The notes under the pieces were generated by a model, which had not been told where the DNA came from, made no database searches, and saw only the letters and a program-made list of their open reading frames with translations. DNA of 46,701 bases, from IMG/VR virus record IMGVR_UViG_3300045988_115807; one strand, written 5' to 3'. Numbering within the stretch: the first letter of the stretch is position 1; each line of letters opens with the position of its first letter. The position numbers and the translations under genes are program-made. Of this stretch, positions 9,992 to 20,650 are shown piece after piece. The stretch comes from a virus (lineage: Duplodnaviria; Heunggongvirae; Uroviricota; Caudoviricetes).

Positions 9992-12900
9992 ATGGGTAAA
10001 GGCAGCAGTAAGGGGCATACCCCGCGCGAAGCGAAGGATAACCTGAAATCCACGCAGTTACTGAGCGTGATTGATGCGATCAGTGAAGGGCCGATTGAAG
10101 GTCCGGTGGATGGATTAAAAAGCGTGCTGCTGAACAGTACGCCGGTGCTGGACAGTGAGGGGAATACCAATATATCCGGCGTCACGGTGGTGTTCCGGGC
10201 AGGTGAGCAGGAGCAGACACCGCCGGAGGGATTTGAATCCTCCGGCTCCGAGACGGTGCTGGGTACGGAAGTGAAGTACGACACGCCGATTACCCGGACC
10301 ATCACGTCTGCAAACATCGACCGTCTGCGCTTTACCTTCGGTGTGCAGGCACTGGTGGAAACCACCTCAAAGGGTGACAGGAATCCGTCGGAAGTCCGTC
10401 TGCTGGTTCAGATACAGCGTAATGGTGGCTGGGTGACGGAAAAAGACATCACCATTAAGGGCAAAACCACCTCGCAGTATCTGGCCTCGGTGGTGGTGGG
10501 TAACCTGCCGCCGCGCCCGTTTAATATCCGGATGCGCAGAATGACGCCGGACAGCACCACAGACCAGCTGCAGAACAAAACGCTCTGGTCGTCATACACC
10601 GAAATCATCGATGTGAAACAGTGCTACCCGAACACGGCACTGGTCGGCGTGCAGGTGGATTCGGAGCAGTTCGGCAGCCAGCAGGTGAGCCGTAATTATC
10701 ATCTTCGCGGGCGCATTCTGCAGGTGCCGTCGAACTATAATCCGCAGACGCGGCAATACAGCGGTATCTGGGACGGGACGTTTAAACCGGCATACAGCAA
10801 CAACATGGCCTGGTGTCTGTGGGATATGCTGACCCATCCGCGCTACGGCATGGGGAAGCGTCTCGGTGCGGCGGATGTGGACAAATGGGCGCTGTATGTC
10901 ATCGGCCAGAATTGCGACCAGTCGGTGCCGGACGGTTTTGGCGGCACGGAGCCGCGCATCACCTGTAACGCTTACCTGACCACACAGCGCAAGGCGTGGG
11001 ATGTGCTCAGTGATTTCTGCTCGGCGATGCGCTGTATGCCGGTATGGAACGGGCAGACGCTGACGTTCGTGCAGGACCGACCGTCGGATAAGGTGTGGAC
11101 CTATAACCGCAGTAATGTGGTGATGCCGGATGATGGCGCGCCGTTCCGCTACAGCTTCAGCGCCCTGAAGGACCGCCATAATGCCGTTGAGGTGAACTGG
11201 ATTGACCCGGATAACGGCTGGGAAACGGCAACAGAGCTTGTGGAGGACACGCAGGCCATTGCCCGTTACGGTCGTAACGTCACGAAGATGGATGCCTTTG
11301 GCTGTACCAGCCGGGGGCAGGCACACCGCGCCGGGCTGTGGCTGATTAAAACGGAACTGCTGGAAACGCAGACCGTGGATTTCAGCGTCGGCGCAGAAGG
11401 GCTTCGCCATGTACCGGGCGATGTTATTGAAATCTGTGATGATGACTATGCCGGTATCAGCACCGGTGGTCGTGTGCTGGCGGTGAACAGCCAGACCCGG
11501 ACGCTGACGCTCGACCGTGAAATCACGCTGCCATCCTCCGGTACCACGCTGATAAGCCTGGTTGACGGAAGTGGCAATCCGGTCAGCGTGGAGGTTCAGT
11601 CCGTCACCGATGGCGTGAAGGTAAAAGTGAGCCGTGTTCCTGATGGCGTTGCCGGATACAGCGTGTGGGGTCTGAAGCTGCCGACGCTGCGCCAGCGACT
11701 GTTCCGCTGCGTGAGTATCCGTGAGAACGACGACGGCACGTATGCCATCACTGCCGTGCAGCATGTACCGGAGAAAGAAGCCATCGTGGATAACGGGGCG
11801 CACTTTGACGGTGACCAGAGCGGCACGGTGAATGGTGTCACGCCGCCAGCAGTGCAGCACCTGACTGCCGAAGTCACCGCAGACAGCGGGGAATATCAGG
11901 TACTGGCGCGATGGGACACGCCGAAGGTGGTGAAGGGGGTGAGCTTTATGCTTCGCCTGACCGTGGCAGCGGATGACGGCAGTGAGCGGCTTGTCAGCAC
12001 AGCCCGGACGACGGAAACCACATACCGCTTCAGGCAACTGGCGCTGGGGCGTTACACGCTGACAGTCCGGGCAGTAAATGCGTGGGGGCAGCAGGGCGAT
12101 CCGGCGTCGGTATCGTTCCGGATTGCCGCACCGTCAGCGCCGTCGCGGATTGAGCTGACTCCGGGCTATTTTCAGATCACCGCCACGCCGCATCTTGCCG
12201 TTTATGACCCGACGGTACAGTTTGAGTTCTGGTTCTCGGAAAAGCGGATTGCGGATATCAGGCAGGTTGAAACCACAGCCCGCTATCTTGGCACGGCGCT
12301 GTACTGGATAGCTGCCAGTATCAATATCAGGCCGGGCCATGATTATTATTTTTACATCCGCAGTGTGAACACCGTTGGCAAATCGGCATTCGTGGAGGCT
12401 GTTGGCCAGCCGAGTGATGATGCATCCGGCTATCTGGATTTTTTCAAAGGAGAGATAGGGAAAACCCATCTGGCTCAGGAGTTGTGGACGCAGATTGATA
12501 ACGGTCAGCTTGCGCCTGACCTGGCGGAAATCAGAACGTCCATCACGGATGTCAGTAATGAAATCACGCAGACCGTCAATAAGAAACTGGAAGACCAGAG
12601 TGCAGCGATCCAGCAGATACAGAAGGTTCAGGTTGATACAAATAATAACCTGAACAGCATGTGGGCTGTGAAGCTGCAGCAGATGCAGGACGGACGCCTT
12701 TATATCGCGGGTATTGGTGCCGGTATTGAAAACACCCCTGACGGCATGCAGAGTCAGGTGCTGCTGGCGGCAGACAGGATTGCGATGATTAATCCTGCGA
12801 ATGGCAACACAAAGCCGATGTTTGTTGGGCAGGGCGATCAGATATACATGAATGAAGTGTTCCTGAAATATCTGACGGCTCCCACCATTACCAGCGGCGG

Positions 12901-13471
12901 TAATCCTCCGGCATTTTCCCTGACACCGGACGGGCGGCTGACGGCGAAAAATGCCGATATCAGCGGTAACGTGAATGCGAACTCCGGGACGCTCAACAAC
13001 GTCACGATTAACGAGAACTGTCGGGTTCTGGGAAAACTGTCCGCCAACCAGATTGAAGGTGATCTCGTTAAAACAGTGGGCAAAGCTTTCCCCCGTGACT
13101 CCCGTGCACCGGAACGGTGGCCATCAGGGACCATTACCGTCAGGGTTTATGACGATCAGCCGTTTGACCGGCAAATTGTTATTCCAGCGGTGGCTTTCAG
13201 CGGTGCCAGACATGAACGGGAGAATAGCGATACTTATTCGTCATGCCGCCTGATAGTGAAGAAAAACGGGGCTGAAATTTATAACCGAACGGCTCTGGAT
13301 AATACTCTGATTTACACGGGTGTTATTGATATGCCTGCAGGCAGTGGCGTAATGACACTGGAGTTTTCGGTATCAGCATGGTGGGTAAATGGCTGGTATC
13401 CCACAGCAAGTATCAGCGATTTGCTGGTTGTGGTGATGAAGAAAGCCACCGCAGGCATCAGTATCAGCTGA
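9992..13471 (+). CDS. J: central tail fibre / host specificity protein J
   Basis: 1159 aa; first ~1000 aa near-identical to lambda J from memory; the C-terminal ~150 aa diverge from the lambda LamB-binding domain. Confidence 0.95.
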   Translation: MGKGSSKGHTPREAKDNLKSTQLLSVIDAISEGPIEGPVDGLKSVLLNSTPVLDSEGNTNISGVTVVFRAGEQEQTPPEGFESSGSETVLGTEVKYDTPITRTITSANIDRLRFTFGVQALVETTSKGDRNPSEVRLLVQIQRNGGWVTEKDITIKGKTTSQYLASVVVGNLPPRPFNIRMRRMTPDSTTDQLQNKTLWSSYTEIIDVKQCYPNTALVGVQVDSEQFGSQQVSRNYHLRGRILQVPSNYNPQTRQYSGIWDGTFKPAYSNNMAWCLWDMLTHPRYGMGKRLGAADVDKWALYVIGQNCDQSVPDGFGGTEPRITCNAYLTTQRKAWDVLSDFCSAMRCMPVWNGQTLTFVQDRPSDKVWTYNRSNVVMPDDGAPFRYSFSALKDRHNAVEVNWIDPDNGWETATELVEDTQAIARYGRNVTKMDAFGCTSRGQAHRAGLWLIKTELLETQTVDFSVGAEGLRHVPGDVIEICDDDYAGISTGGRVLAVNSQTRTLTLDREITLPSSGTTLISLVDGSGNPVSVEVQSVTDGVKVKVSRVPDGVAGYSVWGLKLPTLRQRLFRCVSIRENDDGTYAITAVQHVPEKEAIVDNGAHFDGDQSGTVNGVTPPAVQHLTAEVTADSGEYQVLARWDTPKVVKGVSFMLRLTVAADDGSERLVSTARTTETTYRFRQLALGRYTLTVRAVNAWGQQGDPASVSFRIAAPSAPSRIELTPGYFQITATPHLAVYDPTVQFEFWFSEKRIADIRQVETTARYLGTALYWIAASINIRPGHDYYFYIRSVNTVGKSAFVEAVGQPSDDASGYLDFFKGEIGKTHLAQELWTQIDNGQLAPDLAEIRTSITDVSNEITQTVNKKLEDQSAAIQQIQKVQVDTNNNLNSMWAVKLQQMQDGRLYIAGIGAGIENTPDGMQSQVLLAADRIAMINPANGNTKPMFVGQGDQIYMNEVFLKYLTAPTITSGGNPPAFSLTPDGRLTAKNADISGNVNANSGTLNNVTINENCRVLGKLSANQIEGDLVKTVGKAFPRDSRAPERWPSGTITVRVYDDQPFDRQIVIPAVAFSGARHERENSDTYSSCRLIVKKNGAEIYNRTALDNTLIYTGVIDMPAGSGVMTLEFSVSAWWVNGWYPTASISDLLVVVMKKATAGISIS

Positions 13472-13490
13472 ATTTTATAACCCCAATACG

Positions 13491-13516
13491 GGCGTCAGAA
13501 ATGACGCCTTTTTTAT
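13491..13516 (+). terminator. rho-independent terminator after J
   Basis: GGCGTCAGAAATGACGCC hairpin followed by TTTTTTAT. Confidence 0.6.
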
Positions 13517-13538
13517 TGCAGAAAAGCGAGAGGTAATT

Positions 13539-14138
13539 ATGCGTAAATTATGTGCTGTTATTCTGTCCGCAGTAGTCTGGCTGGTTGCCGCTGGTACGCC
13601 AGCGAGCGCAGCAGAGCATCAGTCCACACTAAGCGCCGGGTATCTTCAGGCCCATACTGATATGCCAGGCAGTGATGACCTGAAGGGCATTAACGTGAAA
13701 TACCGTTATGAATTTACGGACACGCTGGGGCTGGTGACGTCATTCAGTTATGCCAATGCCAAAGATGAGCAAAAAACGCATTACAGCGATACCCGCTGGC
13801 ATGAAGATTCAGTGCGTAACCGCTGGTTCAGCATGATGGCGGGGCCATCTGTACGCGTGAATGAATGGTTCAGTGCTTATGCGATGGCAGGTGTGGCTTA
13901 CAGCCGTGTTTCGACGTTCTCCGGGGATTATCTCCGCGTAACTGACAACAAGGGGAAAACGCACGATGTGCTGACCGGAAGTGATGACGATCGCCACAGC
14001 AACACGTCTCTGGCGTGGGGAGCTGGCGTGCAGTTTAACCCGACCGAATCCGTGGCCATTGATATTGCTTATGAAGGCTCCGGCAGTGGCGACTGGCGCA
14101 CTGACGGTTTCATCGTGGGTGTCGGTTATAAGTTCTGA
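13539..14138 (+). CDS. lom: Lom outer-membrane protein (Ail/OmpX family moron)
   Basis: MRKLCAVILSAVVWLVAAGTPASAAEHQSTLSAGYLQ...FIVGVGYKF matches lambda Lom; signal peptide present. Confidence 0.9.
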   Translation: MRKLCAVILSAVVWLVAAGTPASAAEHQSTLSAGYLQAHTDMPGSDDLKGINVKYRYEFTDTLGLVTSFSYANAKDEQKTHYSDTRWHEDSVRNRWFSMMAGPSVRVNEWFSAYAMAGVAYSRVSTFSGDYLRVTDNKGKTHDVLTGSDDDRHSNTSLAWGAGVQFNPTESVAIDIAYEGSGSGDWRTDGFIVGVGYKF

Positions 14139-14164
14139 TTAGCCAGGTAACACAGTGTTATGAC

Positions 14165-14191
14165 AGCCCGCCGGTTCAGGCGGGCTTTTTT
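14165..14191 (+). terminator. rho-independent terminator after lom
   Basis: AGCCCGCCGGTTCAGGCGGGCT hairpin followed by TTTTTT. Confidence 0.65.
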
Positions 14192-14202
14192 GTGGAGTGG
14201 AT

Positions 14203-16581
14203 ATGGCAGCAGTAAAAATCTCAGGTGTGCTGAAAGATGGTGCGGGAAAACCAATACAGAACTGCACTATTCAACTGAAGGCAAAGCGTAACAGCACCAC
14301 GGTACTGGTGAACACGGTGGCCTCTGAAAATCCGGATGAAGCCGGGCGTTACAGCATGGATGTTGAGTATGGTCAGTACAGCGTCACCCTGCTGGTTGAA
14401 GGTTTTCCGCCTTCACATGCCGGGACCATTACCGTCTATGAAGGTTCCAGACCAGGTACGCTGAATGATTTTCTCGGTGCCATGACGGAAGATGATGTCA
14501 TGCCGGAGGCATTGCGTCGTTTTGAGGCAATGGTGGAAGAAGCGGCACGCAACGCCGAAGCCGCCTCTCAGAGCGCAGCGGCGGCAAAGAAATCCGAAAC
14601 TGCAGCGGCTTCATCGAAGAACGCGGCGAAAACCTCAGAAACGAATGCAGCTAACAGCGCACAGGCGGCAGCGTCCTCGCAGACTGCATCGGCAAACTCC
14701 GCGACAGCAGCCAAAAAATCAGAAACCAACGCGAAAAACAGCGAGACAGCCGCAAAGACGAGCGAAACCAACGCGAAGTCCAGCCAGACGGCAGCGAAAA
14801 CCAGCGAAACGAATGCCAAAGCCAGTGAAACTGCCGCGAAAAATAGCCAGAATGCAGCAGCCGAAAGCGAGAGCGCGGCAGCCGGTTCTGCGACTTCAGC
14901 AGCTGGATCAGCAACTGCTGCGGCTAACAGCCAGAAAGCTGCGAAGACGAGTGAAACTAACTCAAAGTCCAGCCAGACGGCAGCGAAGACCAGCGAAACG
15001 AATGCCAAAGCCAGCGAAACTGCGGCGAAAAACAGTCAGGATGCAGCAGCCGAAAGCGAGAGTGCTGCAGCTGGCTCTGCAAGCGCGGCGGCTGCTTCTG
15101 CCACTGCATCAGCCAACAGTCAAAAAGCTGCAAAAACCAGTGAAACCAACGCAAAGGCGAGCGAGACTGCGGCGGCTAACTCGGCGAAAGCATCCGCAGC
15201 AAGCCAGACGGCTGCAAAAGCAAGTGAAGACGCAGCCAGAGAGTATGCAAGCCAGGCTGCGGAGCCGTATAAACAAGTTTTGCAGCCGCTTCCCGATGTG
15301 TGGATACCGTTTAACGATTCACTGGATATGATTACGGGCTTTTCGCCGTCATATAAAAAGATTGTTATTGGTGATGATGAAATAACGATGCCTGGCGATA
15401 AGGTTGTAAAGTTTAAACGCGCATCGAAAGCAACCTATATTAATAAATCTGGTGTGCTGACAGAGGCTGCCATTGACGAGCCACGATTTGAACGTGATGG
15501 CCTGCTTATTGAGGGGCAAAGAACAAACTACATGCTCAATTCGGAAAACCCTGCCAGTTGGGGGCGATCGTCAAATATGGATGTTCCCGAAACCGGGAAG
15601 GATAGTTTTGGTTTTACCTATGGAAAGTTCGTCTGTAACGATTCTCTGATTGGGCAAACCTCAGCCATTAATATGGCATCAATTGCTGCAACAAAGTCAG
15701 TTGATGTCTCAGGCGATAATAAATACGTGACAACCTCATGTCGTTTTAAAACAGAACTGCAGGTAAGGTTGCGTATCCGGTTTGATAAATATGACGGTAG
15801 CGCAACAACTTTTCTTGGTGATGCGTATATTGATACACAAACGCTTGAAATTAATATGACAGGCGGTGCTGCCTCAAGGATTACAGCGAGAGTCAGAAAG
15901 GACGAAGCTACCGGATGGATTTTTGCAGAGGCAACAATTCAGGCAATTGATGGGGAGTTAAAAATAGGTTCTCAGATACAGTATTCTCCTAAGCAGGGCG
16001 GGGCAACCGTATCTGGTGACTATATTTATCTGGCCACCCCACAAGTAGAAAATGGGCCTTGTGTATCATCTTTTATTATATCAGGAACGACGGCGGCGAC
16101 CCGCGCAAGCGATATAGTTACAGTTCCCATTAAGAATAATCTTTATAATCTTCCTTTTACGGTTCTTTGTGAGGTACATAAGAACTGGTATAAAACGCCA
16201 AATGCAGCGCCGCGTGTTTTTGATACCGGCGGTCATCAAACCGGAGCGGCTATTATTCTTGGGTTCGGATCTTCGGCAGATGGGCCAGACGGATTTCCTT
16301 ATTGCGATATTGGAGGAGCTAACAGACGGGTAAACGAAAACGCATCGCTTGAAAAAATGGTTATGGGGATGCGTGTAAAATCAGATCAGTCTACGTGCTC
16401 AGTAAGTAACGGGCGCATATCCAGCGAAAAAAAGACTACGTGGTCCTATATTCAGAACTCTGCAACCATCCGTATTGGAGGCCAGACTACAGCAGGGTTA
16501 CGTCATTTATTTGGTCATATCAGGAATTTCAGAATATGGCACAAGGCATTGACTGATGCTCAGGTGGGGGAGTCAATCTAA
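14203..16581 (+). CDS. stf: side tail fibre protein (lambda Stf-like N-terminus, Ala/Ser/Thr-rich repeat shaft, divergent C-terminal domain)
   Basis: MAAVKISGVLKDGAGKPIQNCTIQLKAKRNSTTVLVNTVASENPDEAGRYSMDVEYGQYSVTLLVEGFPPSHAGTITVYEG... matches the lambda Stf N-terminus; ATG at 14203 preferred over the GTG at 14197 used by the ORF track. Confidence 0.85.
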   Translation: MAAVKISGVLKDGAGKPIQNCTIQLKAKRNSTTVLVNTVASENPDEAGRYSMDVEYGQYSVTLLVEGFPPSHAGTITVYEGSRPGTLNDFLGAMTEDDVMPEALRRFEAMVEEAARNAEAASQSAAAAKKSETAAASSKNAAKTSETNAANSAQAAASSQTASANSATAAKKSETNAKNSETAAKTSETNAKSSQTAAKTSETNAKASETAAKNSQNAAAESESAAAGSATSAAGSATAAANSQKAAKTSETNSKSSQTAAKTSETNAKASETAAKNSQDAAAESESAAAGSASAAAASATASANSQKAAKTSETNAKASETAAANSAKASAASQTAAKASEDAAREYASQAAEPYKQVLQPLPDVWIPFNDSLDMITGFSPSYKKIVIGDDEITMPGDKVVKFKRASKATYINKSGVLTEAAIDEPRFERDGLLIEGQRTNYMLNSENPASWGRSSNMDVPETGKDSFGFTYGKFVCNDSLIGQTSAINMASIAATKSVDVSGDNKYVTTSCRFKTELQVRLRIRFDKYDGSATTFLGDAYIDTQTLEINMTGGAASRITARVRKDEATGWIFAEATIQAIDGELKIGSQIQYSPKQGGATVSGDYIYLATPQVENGPCVSSFIISGTTAATRASDIVTVPIKNNLYNLPFTVLCEVHKNWYKTPNAAPRVFDTGGHQTGAAIILGFGSSADGPDGFPYCDIGGANRRVNENASLEKMVMGMRVKSDQSTCSVSNGRISSEKKTTWSYIQNSATIRIGGQTTAGLRHLFGHIRNFRIWHKALTDAQVGESI
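14755..15132. repeat. 189-bp (63-codon) tandem duplication inside stf, built from 21-bp heptad-like subrepeats
   Basis: Protein segment KTSETNAKSSQTAAKTSETNAKASETAAKNSQNAAAESESAAAGSA... recurs 63 aa later; DNA copies begin at 14755 and 14944. Low-complexity shadow ORFs on both strands confirm the periodicity. Confidence 0.8.
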
Positions 16582-16862
16582 TGAAAGATTTAACACTCAA
16601 ATTTGCCGACAGGGCCGACTTTTCGGCCTTTATGGAGAGTGCTGGCTATTATGATGACGAGTCGATGCAGGATGATATTCTTATTGACGTGATAGGTAAC
16701 GTGTACAAAGAAACCGGAGAACTTACTGAAGATGGCGAGCCGGTATGTGTTAAGGAAGACGGATATTTTGTAAACGTGCGCATCATTAATGATGTGAAAA
16801 CACCGTCAATATTCGATGAATACGTGGTTGCTGTTGAGCATCAACTTCGTGGCTGGATGTGA
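16581..16862 (+). CDS. hypothetical protein (93 aa) downstream of stf
   Basis: ORF with start overlapping the stf stop (TAATG); acidic; no recognisable motif. Confidence 0.5.
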   Translation: MKDLTLKFADRADFSAFMESAGYYDDESMQDDILIDVIGNVYKETGELTEDGEPVCVKEDGYFVNVRIINDVKTPSIFDEYVVAVEHQLRGWM

Positions 16863-16871
16863 GGAAGAATA

Positions 16872-17912
16872 ATGGCTACATCGACAGTAATTCCTGATGA
16901 CATCAAAACGCTAAAATCCGATGTTAGCAAATTAAAAAACGATCAAGGAAGCTACGTAACAAAATCATATGTAGACAGCAAAAATGAAACCGTTGGTGAC
17001 TGGTCTGCTTCATGGTATCAGCAGGTATTGCCAACTAGCGGAGCTATATTTGGGAGAAAACTCCGCTCAACTCACAGGACGGCAGGTGTTGAGGATGCAT
17101 ATTGCGAACTATACCTCAAAAAATGGATAGACAGTCCAGGTAACGCAATGGCGCGCCTTAACCTGAACGATAACGGGACAAACATTTGCTGGGACTTTAC
17201 CAACCTTTATGGCGGTACGATGATTTTTCCCGGTGACAGCGGATACCTCAAAATGGGTAACTGCCTTATGTCATACAGCAAGCGTGGAAGTAACGCGCTT
17301 ATTAAATTTGATTACACCGACACATTACAGATCAAATATGCCAATCATGGGTCAACCATGACATTAAACACACAGGGAACCGCTTATGCTGGTGTTACTG
17401 CTCAATTGTGGGGCAACTCCAGCCGTCCTGTTGTTTATGAAGTCGGTGTTGATGGTGGCGCTTATATGTTCTATGCGCAGAAAACTACCAGCAATACCTA
17501 CGAATTAACGGTTAACGGCGCGTGCAATGCAAGTGCATTTAATCAAGGCTCTGACCGGGATCTGAAAGACAATATTCAGGTGATCGATAATGCAACCGAC
17601 CGCATCCGTAAAATGAACGGCTATACATACACGCTTAAAGAAAACGGTATGCCCTATGCTGGTGTCATTGCACAGGAAGCTCTGGAAGCAATCCCAGAAG
17701 TTGTAGGTTCCGCAATGAAATATCAGGACGGTGCAAGCGGATCGGAAGGTGAAGAAGGTGAACGTTATTACACAGTAGATTATTCTGGTGTTACTGGCTT
17801 GCTTGTTCAGGTAGCCAGAGAGTCAGACGACAGAATAACAGCACTGGAAGAAGAAAACGCAGAATTAAGACAAAGATTATCTGCAATTGAGGCGGCGCTT
17901 GCGTCTAAATAA
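16872..17912 (+). CDS. tail fibre protein with C-terminal intramolecular chaperone (peptidase S74-like) domain
   Basis: GAGGAAG RBS; C-terminal region ...NQGSDRDLKDNIQVIDNATDRIRKMNGYTYTLKENG...YAGVIAQEALEAIPEVV...YYTVDYSGVTGLL...ITALEEENAELRQRL resembles the self-cleaving chaperone domain of endosialidase/T5-type fibres. Confidence 0.7.
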   Translation: MATSTVIPDDIKTLKSDVSKLKNDQGSYVTKSYVDSKNETVGDWSASWYQQVLPTSGAIFGRKLRSTHRTAGVEDAYCELYLKKWIDSPGNAMARLNLNDNGTNICWDFTNLYGGTMIFPGDSGYLKMGNCLMSYSKRGSNALIKFDYTDTLQIKYANHGSTMTLNTQGTAYAGVTAQLWGNSSRPVVYEVGVDGGAYMFYAQKTTSNTYELTVNGACNASAFNQGSDRDLKDNIQVIDNATDRIRKMNGYTYTLKENGMPYAGVIAQEALEAIPEVVGSAMKYQDGASGSEGEEGERYYTVDYSGVTGLLVQVARESDDRITALEEENAELRQRLSAIEAALASK

Positions 17913-17917
17913 TATCA

Positions 17918-17940
17918 AGGGGCCGAGCGCCCCGTTTTAT
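17918..17940 (+). terminator. terminator after tail fibre gene
   Basis: GGGGCCGAGCGCCCC hairpin followed by GTTTTATT. Confidence 0.55.
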
Positions 17941-17954
17941 TGGGTAGGATGAAA

Positions 17955-18248
17955 ATGGATATAACACCTTTCCTTCATGCACTTTGTGCTGTGGCTGCGC
18001 AGGTACTGATTGGCCTTTTTACCGGAAACTGGGTTTACGGTGCGATAGCTGGTTGTACGTTCTTCATTGCGCGGGAACACACCCAGGCAGAATATCGCTG
18101 GATTGAAATGTTCGGGCATGGCAAGCGAATGAATATGCCGTGGTGGGGCGGTTTTGATCCGCGCGCGTGGGATGTGGCAAGCCTTATGGATTTTGCTGTA
18201 CCGATGGTGGCGTGTCTGCTGGTCTGGCTGTTGGTTTATCGTGGGTGA
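17955..18248 (+). CDS. hypothetical membrane protein
   Basis: ORF 17940-18248; ATG at 17955 with AGGA upstream; two hydrophobic segments (AVAAQVLIGLFTG, AVPMVACLLVWLLV). Confidence 0.45.
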   Translation: MDITPFLHALCAVAAQVLIGLFTGNWVYGAIAGCTFFIAREHTQAEYRWIEMFGHGKRMNMPWWGGFDPRAWDVASLMDFAVPMVACLLVWLLVYRG

Positions 18249-18382
18249 AAAAAGGTGAGCTGTATATGCAACGGAGGAAGAAACCCCGTTGCTGGAAGCC
18301 TGGAAAAAGTATCGGGTGTTGTTGAATCGTGTTGATACATCACTATCTCCAGATATCGAGTGGCCAAGTCAACCATAAATCA

Positions 18383-18407
18383 ATATCCCCTGCGATGCAG
18401 GGGATAT
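18383..18407. terminator. bidirectional hairpin between the tail-fibre region and the sopB 3' end
   Basis: ATATCCCCTGCGATGCAGGGGATAT perfect stem-loop followed by TTCTT. Confidence 0.5.
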
Positions 18408-18410
18408 TTC

Positions 18411-19376
18411 TTAATTATCAGTAGATTGTTCCTCTAGTAACAACTCAATTCTGCTTAGTATTTCTTTAGATATTTTTCGGCTATCAATTTTTATAGTTAC
18501 AAAATTACCTTTATATCTAGCCGTGATCCCTTCCCCATATTTTTTCTCGTCTTTTGTTTTTTCCTCGTCGCCAACCAGAACAGAGTCAGATAATATTTGT
18601 ATAATCCGTGAAGCTTCTAAATCCTCGCCGTTTTTTTTAATTGCCAGAAGATGATGAGCAGCATTGCTCATGGCAGCCATGTTTTTTTTGTAGACCTTAA
18701 ACAAAGAATCTCCAGCACGAGCTGACAGTTCTCCTGGATGATTGAAGATAGCTAATATATCTTTTGGTAGACCAGCTGTATTAATACAGCGAGTGATAAT
18801 ATTTCTGTCTATATTTTCAGCCTCGGCTAATGCTTTAACGTTACCATCAAAGTCATTTAGCTTGCGTAAGTATCTCTTTCCTCTTTCGTATGCACTAATA
18901 GGCCTATAATCGTTACCAATTTGGGATAACCAATGCATCTGTTCATCGTCGAGATCACCTATTAAGACGCGATAGTCACATCCTGTTAATATCGCTGCTT
19001 TTCTTCTACGTGAGCCGTCAGCGACTTCAACGACTCCAGACACTTTTCTGGCGAAAGCTGGATTTTGTTGTCCAGACGTTAGAAAAGATGGGATTAAATC
19101 GGCTAGAGAGGATTCATTTAATAAATCTTGATCGCGTTCATTACCTAGCCATACCATTGTTGCCATTTCAACTTTATCTGCGGGAATTGTCTCTAACTTA
19201 AAGTTAACATTACGTCCGCATACTGGCAAAGTTATGCTGTTACCGGTTAATGAACTCAGTTGACGTTTTAAATCACCAACCATAGGTGATACGGGCTGAT
19301 GTTCAGGGGCATGATGATTATTACTCATAATGCGATTAATATCTGGAGCATTTTTTAGAAGAGAGCGCTGTTTCAT
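18411..19376 (-). CDS. sopB: partition protein SopB (ParB-like centromere-binding protein)
   Basis: ...ITLPVCGRNVNFKLE...WLGNERDQDLLNE...LIPSFLTSGQQNPAFARKVSGVVEVADGSRRRKAA...GNDYRPISAYERGKRY... closely parallels F-plasmid SopB from memory. Confidence 0.9.
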   Translation of the reverse strand: MKQRSLLKNAPDINRIMSNNHHAPEHQPVSPMVGDLKRQLSSLTGNSITLPVCGRNVNFKLETIPADKVEMATMVWLGNERDQDLLNESSLADLIPSFLTSGQQNPAFARKVSGVVEVADGSRRRKAAILTGCDYRVLIGDLDDEQMHWLSQIGNDYRPISAYERGKRYLRKLNDFDGNVKALAEAENIDRNIITRCINTAGLPKDILAIFNHPGELSARAGDSLFKVYKKNMAAMSNAAHHLLAIKKNGEDLEASRIIQILSDSVLVGDEEKTKDEKKYGEGITARYKGNFVTIKIDSRKISKEILSRIELLLEEQSTDN

Positions 19377-20542
19377 TATTCGTTCTCCCAGCGAGGTTTT
19401 ATTAGATCATCAAAAATTTCTCGGCAAACAGGGTCCCATATAGAAACAGCATTTCTCCATGCATTCAATGTTGAACGTTGGTTTGCTGCTTGTTCAAATA
19501 CTGTTCTCATTTTTATCTGGCCTTTACCTACTTCATCGGTAACGCGTACAACCTGACGTAATACCATTGATCCCCATGTATTTCTTATTTGTTCTTCCAT
19601 CCATCGTGATTGATTCCCTGTAGTGAGACTATATTTAGTCAGAAGTAAGCGAACGGTTGGCTCAAATCCACCTAGGTCAACGCTTTCCAATAGATCGAGA
19701 AGCATTGTGAAAAACTGTAGAACAGAAGCGTAATCAAATAATTCTGCAGGTGTAGCAACAACAATAACGTCAGCGGCACAAACAACGTTAATGGTTCCTG
19801 TACCGAGGTTCGGAGCACTATCTATAACGATAACATCGTAGTTATCCCAAACTGATTCAATAGCTGCGCGCAGCATAAGGTGTGGAGGATGAGGCAATTT
19901 ACCCTGAGCATGATATTGCATGAGATCTGTTTCTATACGATGTAAAGCTAGGCAGCTAGGGATAATGTCTAGCCCAGGCCAACATGTTGGCTTTATAGCA
20001 TATTCAGCGTTATCGCGTTCTCCTAAGTAAAATGGCAGTAAAGTATCCTCGGCATGGATATGTAAATCAGGAACATAACCGTGATACATAGAGGCCGTGC
20101 CTTGAGGATCGTTACCTTCAACCAAAAGAACACGATGACCTTGTAATGCTAACCATTGAGCTTGATGTACCGCAGACGATGTTTTATAAACGCCGCCTTT
20201 GTGTGACATAACGGCAAGCACAACAGGGTTTTTATCTTGTGGTCGTTGGTTTGGGTTGCCAAAAACTGCTCGCATACTGTTGATTTGATCTATGGTATAA
20301 CCAGCACGACGTTCAATTCTTCCTCTCATTTCAAAGTCAGGTGCAGGTAAACGCCCGCTCTTCTCAGCATCTCTAATTGCTTGAGGAGTTACACCAATTA
20401 AATCTGCTACTTCAGTTATACCCCATCGGCGGGTGATACGCCGAGCTTCAGGACTATCATCACCGAATTGAGCGATAGCAATTGCTTGGGTCATTTCTTG
20501 ACCTCTCGTAACACAATCTTGCAATAACTTTTTCAAAGACAT
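19376..20542 (-). CDS. sopA: partition ATPase SopA (ParA, Walker-type)
   Basis: ...AIAIAQFGDDSPEARRITRRW...HKGGVYKTS...LLVEGNDPQGTASMYHGYVPDLHIHAEDTLLPFYLGE...IDSAPNLG... near-colinear with F SopA from memory. Confidence 0.95.
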   Translation of the reverse strand: MSLKKLLQDCVTRGQEMTQAIAIAQFGDDSPEARRITRRWGITEVADLIGVTPQAIRDAEKSGRLPAPDFEMRGRIERRAGYTIDQINSMRAVFGNPNQRPQDKNPVVLAVMSHKGGVYKTSSAVHQAQWLALQGHRVLLVEGNDPQGTASMYHGYVPDLHIHAEDTLLPFYLGERDNAEYAIKPTCWPGLDIIPSCLALHRIETDLMQYHAQGKLPHPPHLMLRAAIESVWDNYDVIVIDSAPNLGTGTINVVCAADVIVVATPAELFDYASVLQFFTMLLDLLESVDLGGFEPTVRLLLTKYSLTTGNQSRWMEEQIRNTWGSMVLRQVVRVTDEVGKGQIKMRTVFEQAANQRSTLNAWRNAVSIWDPVCREIFDDLIKPRWENE

Positions 20543-20650
20543 ACTGTCATCTCCAGCTTGTAACTTTGCTTAATAATTAAATCTTTGCTTATTTCTAGCA
20601 AATTTGCATGAAAAAGGCAAAGCAAAACGAAAAACGCAAAGTGGAATATT
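20543..20650 (-). promoter_or_regulatory. sopAB promoter/operator region with CTTTGC / GCAAAG repeats
   Basis: Sense strand upstream of sopA contains ACTTTGCG, TTTTGCTTTGCC and inverted GCAAAG copies, resembling the SopA-binding CTTTGC repeats of the F sopAB promoter. Confidence 0.45.

Noticed and set aside
10592-12037. 481-aa minus-strand ORF antisense to J
   Set aside because: Fully embedded in J, whose identity is strongly supported; composition rich in Arg, His and Ala is typical of an antisense frame; no start-site signals.
14492-15331. Arg/Lys-rich 279-aa plus-frame ORF and Ala/Phe-rich minus-frame ORFs in the stf repeat region
   Set aside because: Artefacts of the low-complexity 21-bp/189-bp periodic DNA; the Stf frame is the one continuous with the lambda-like N-terminus.
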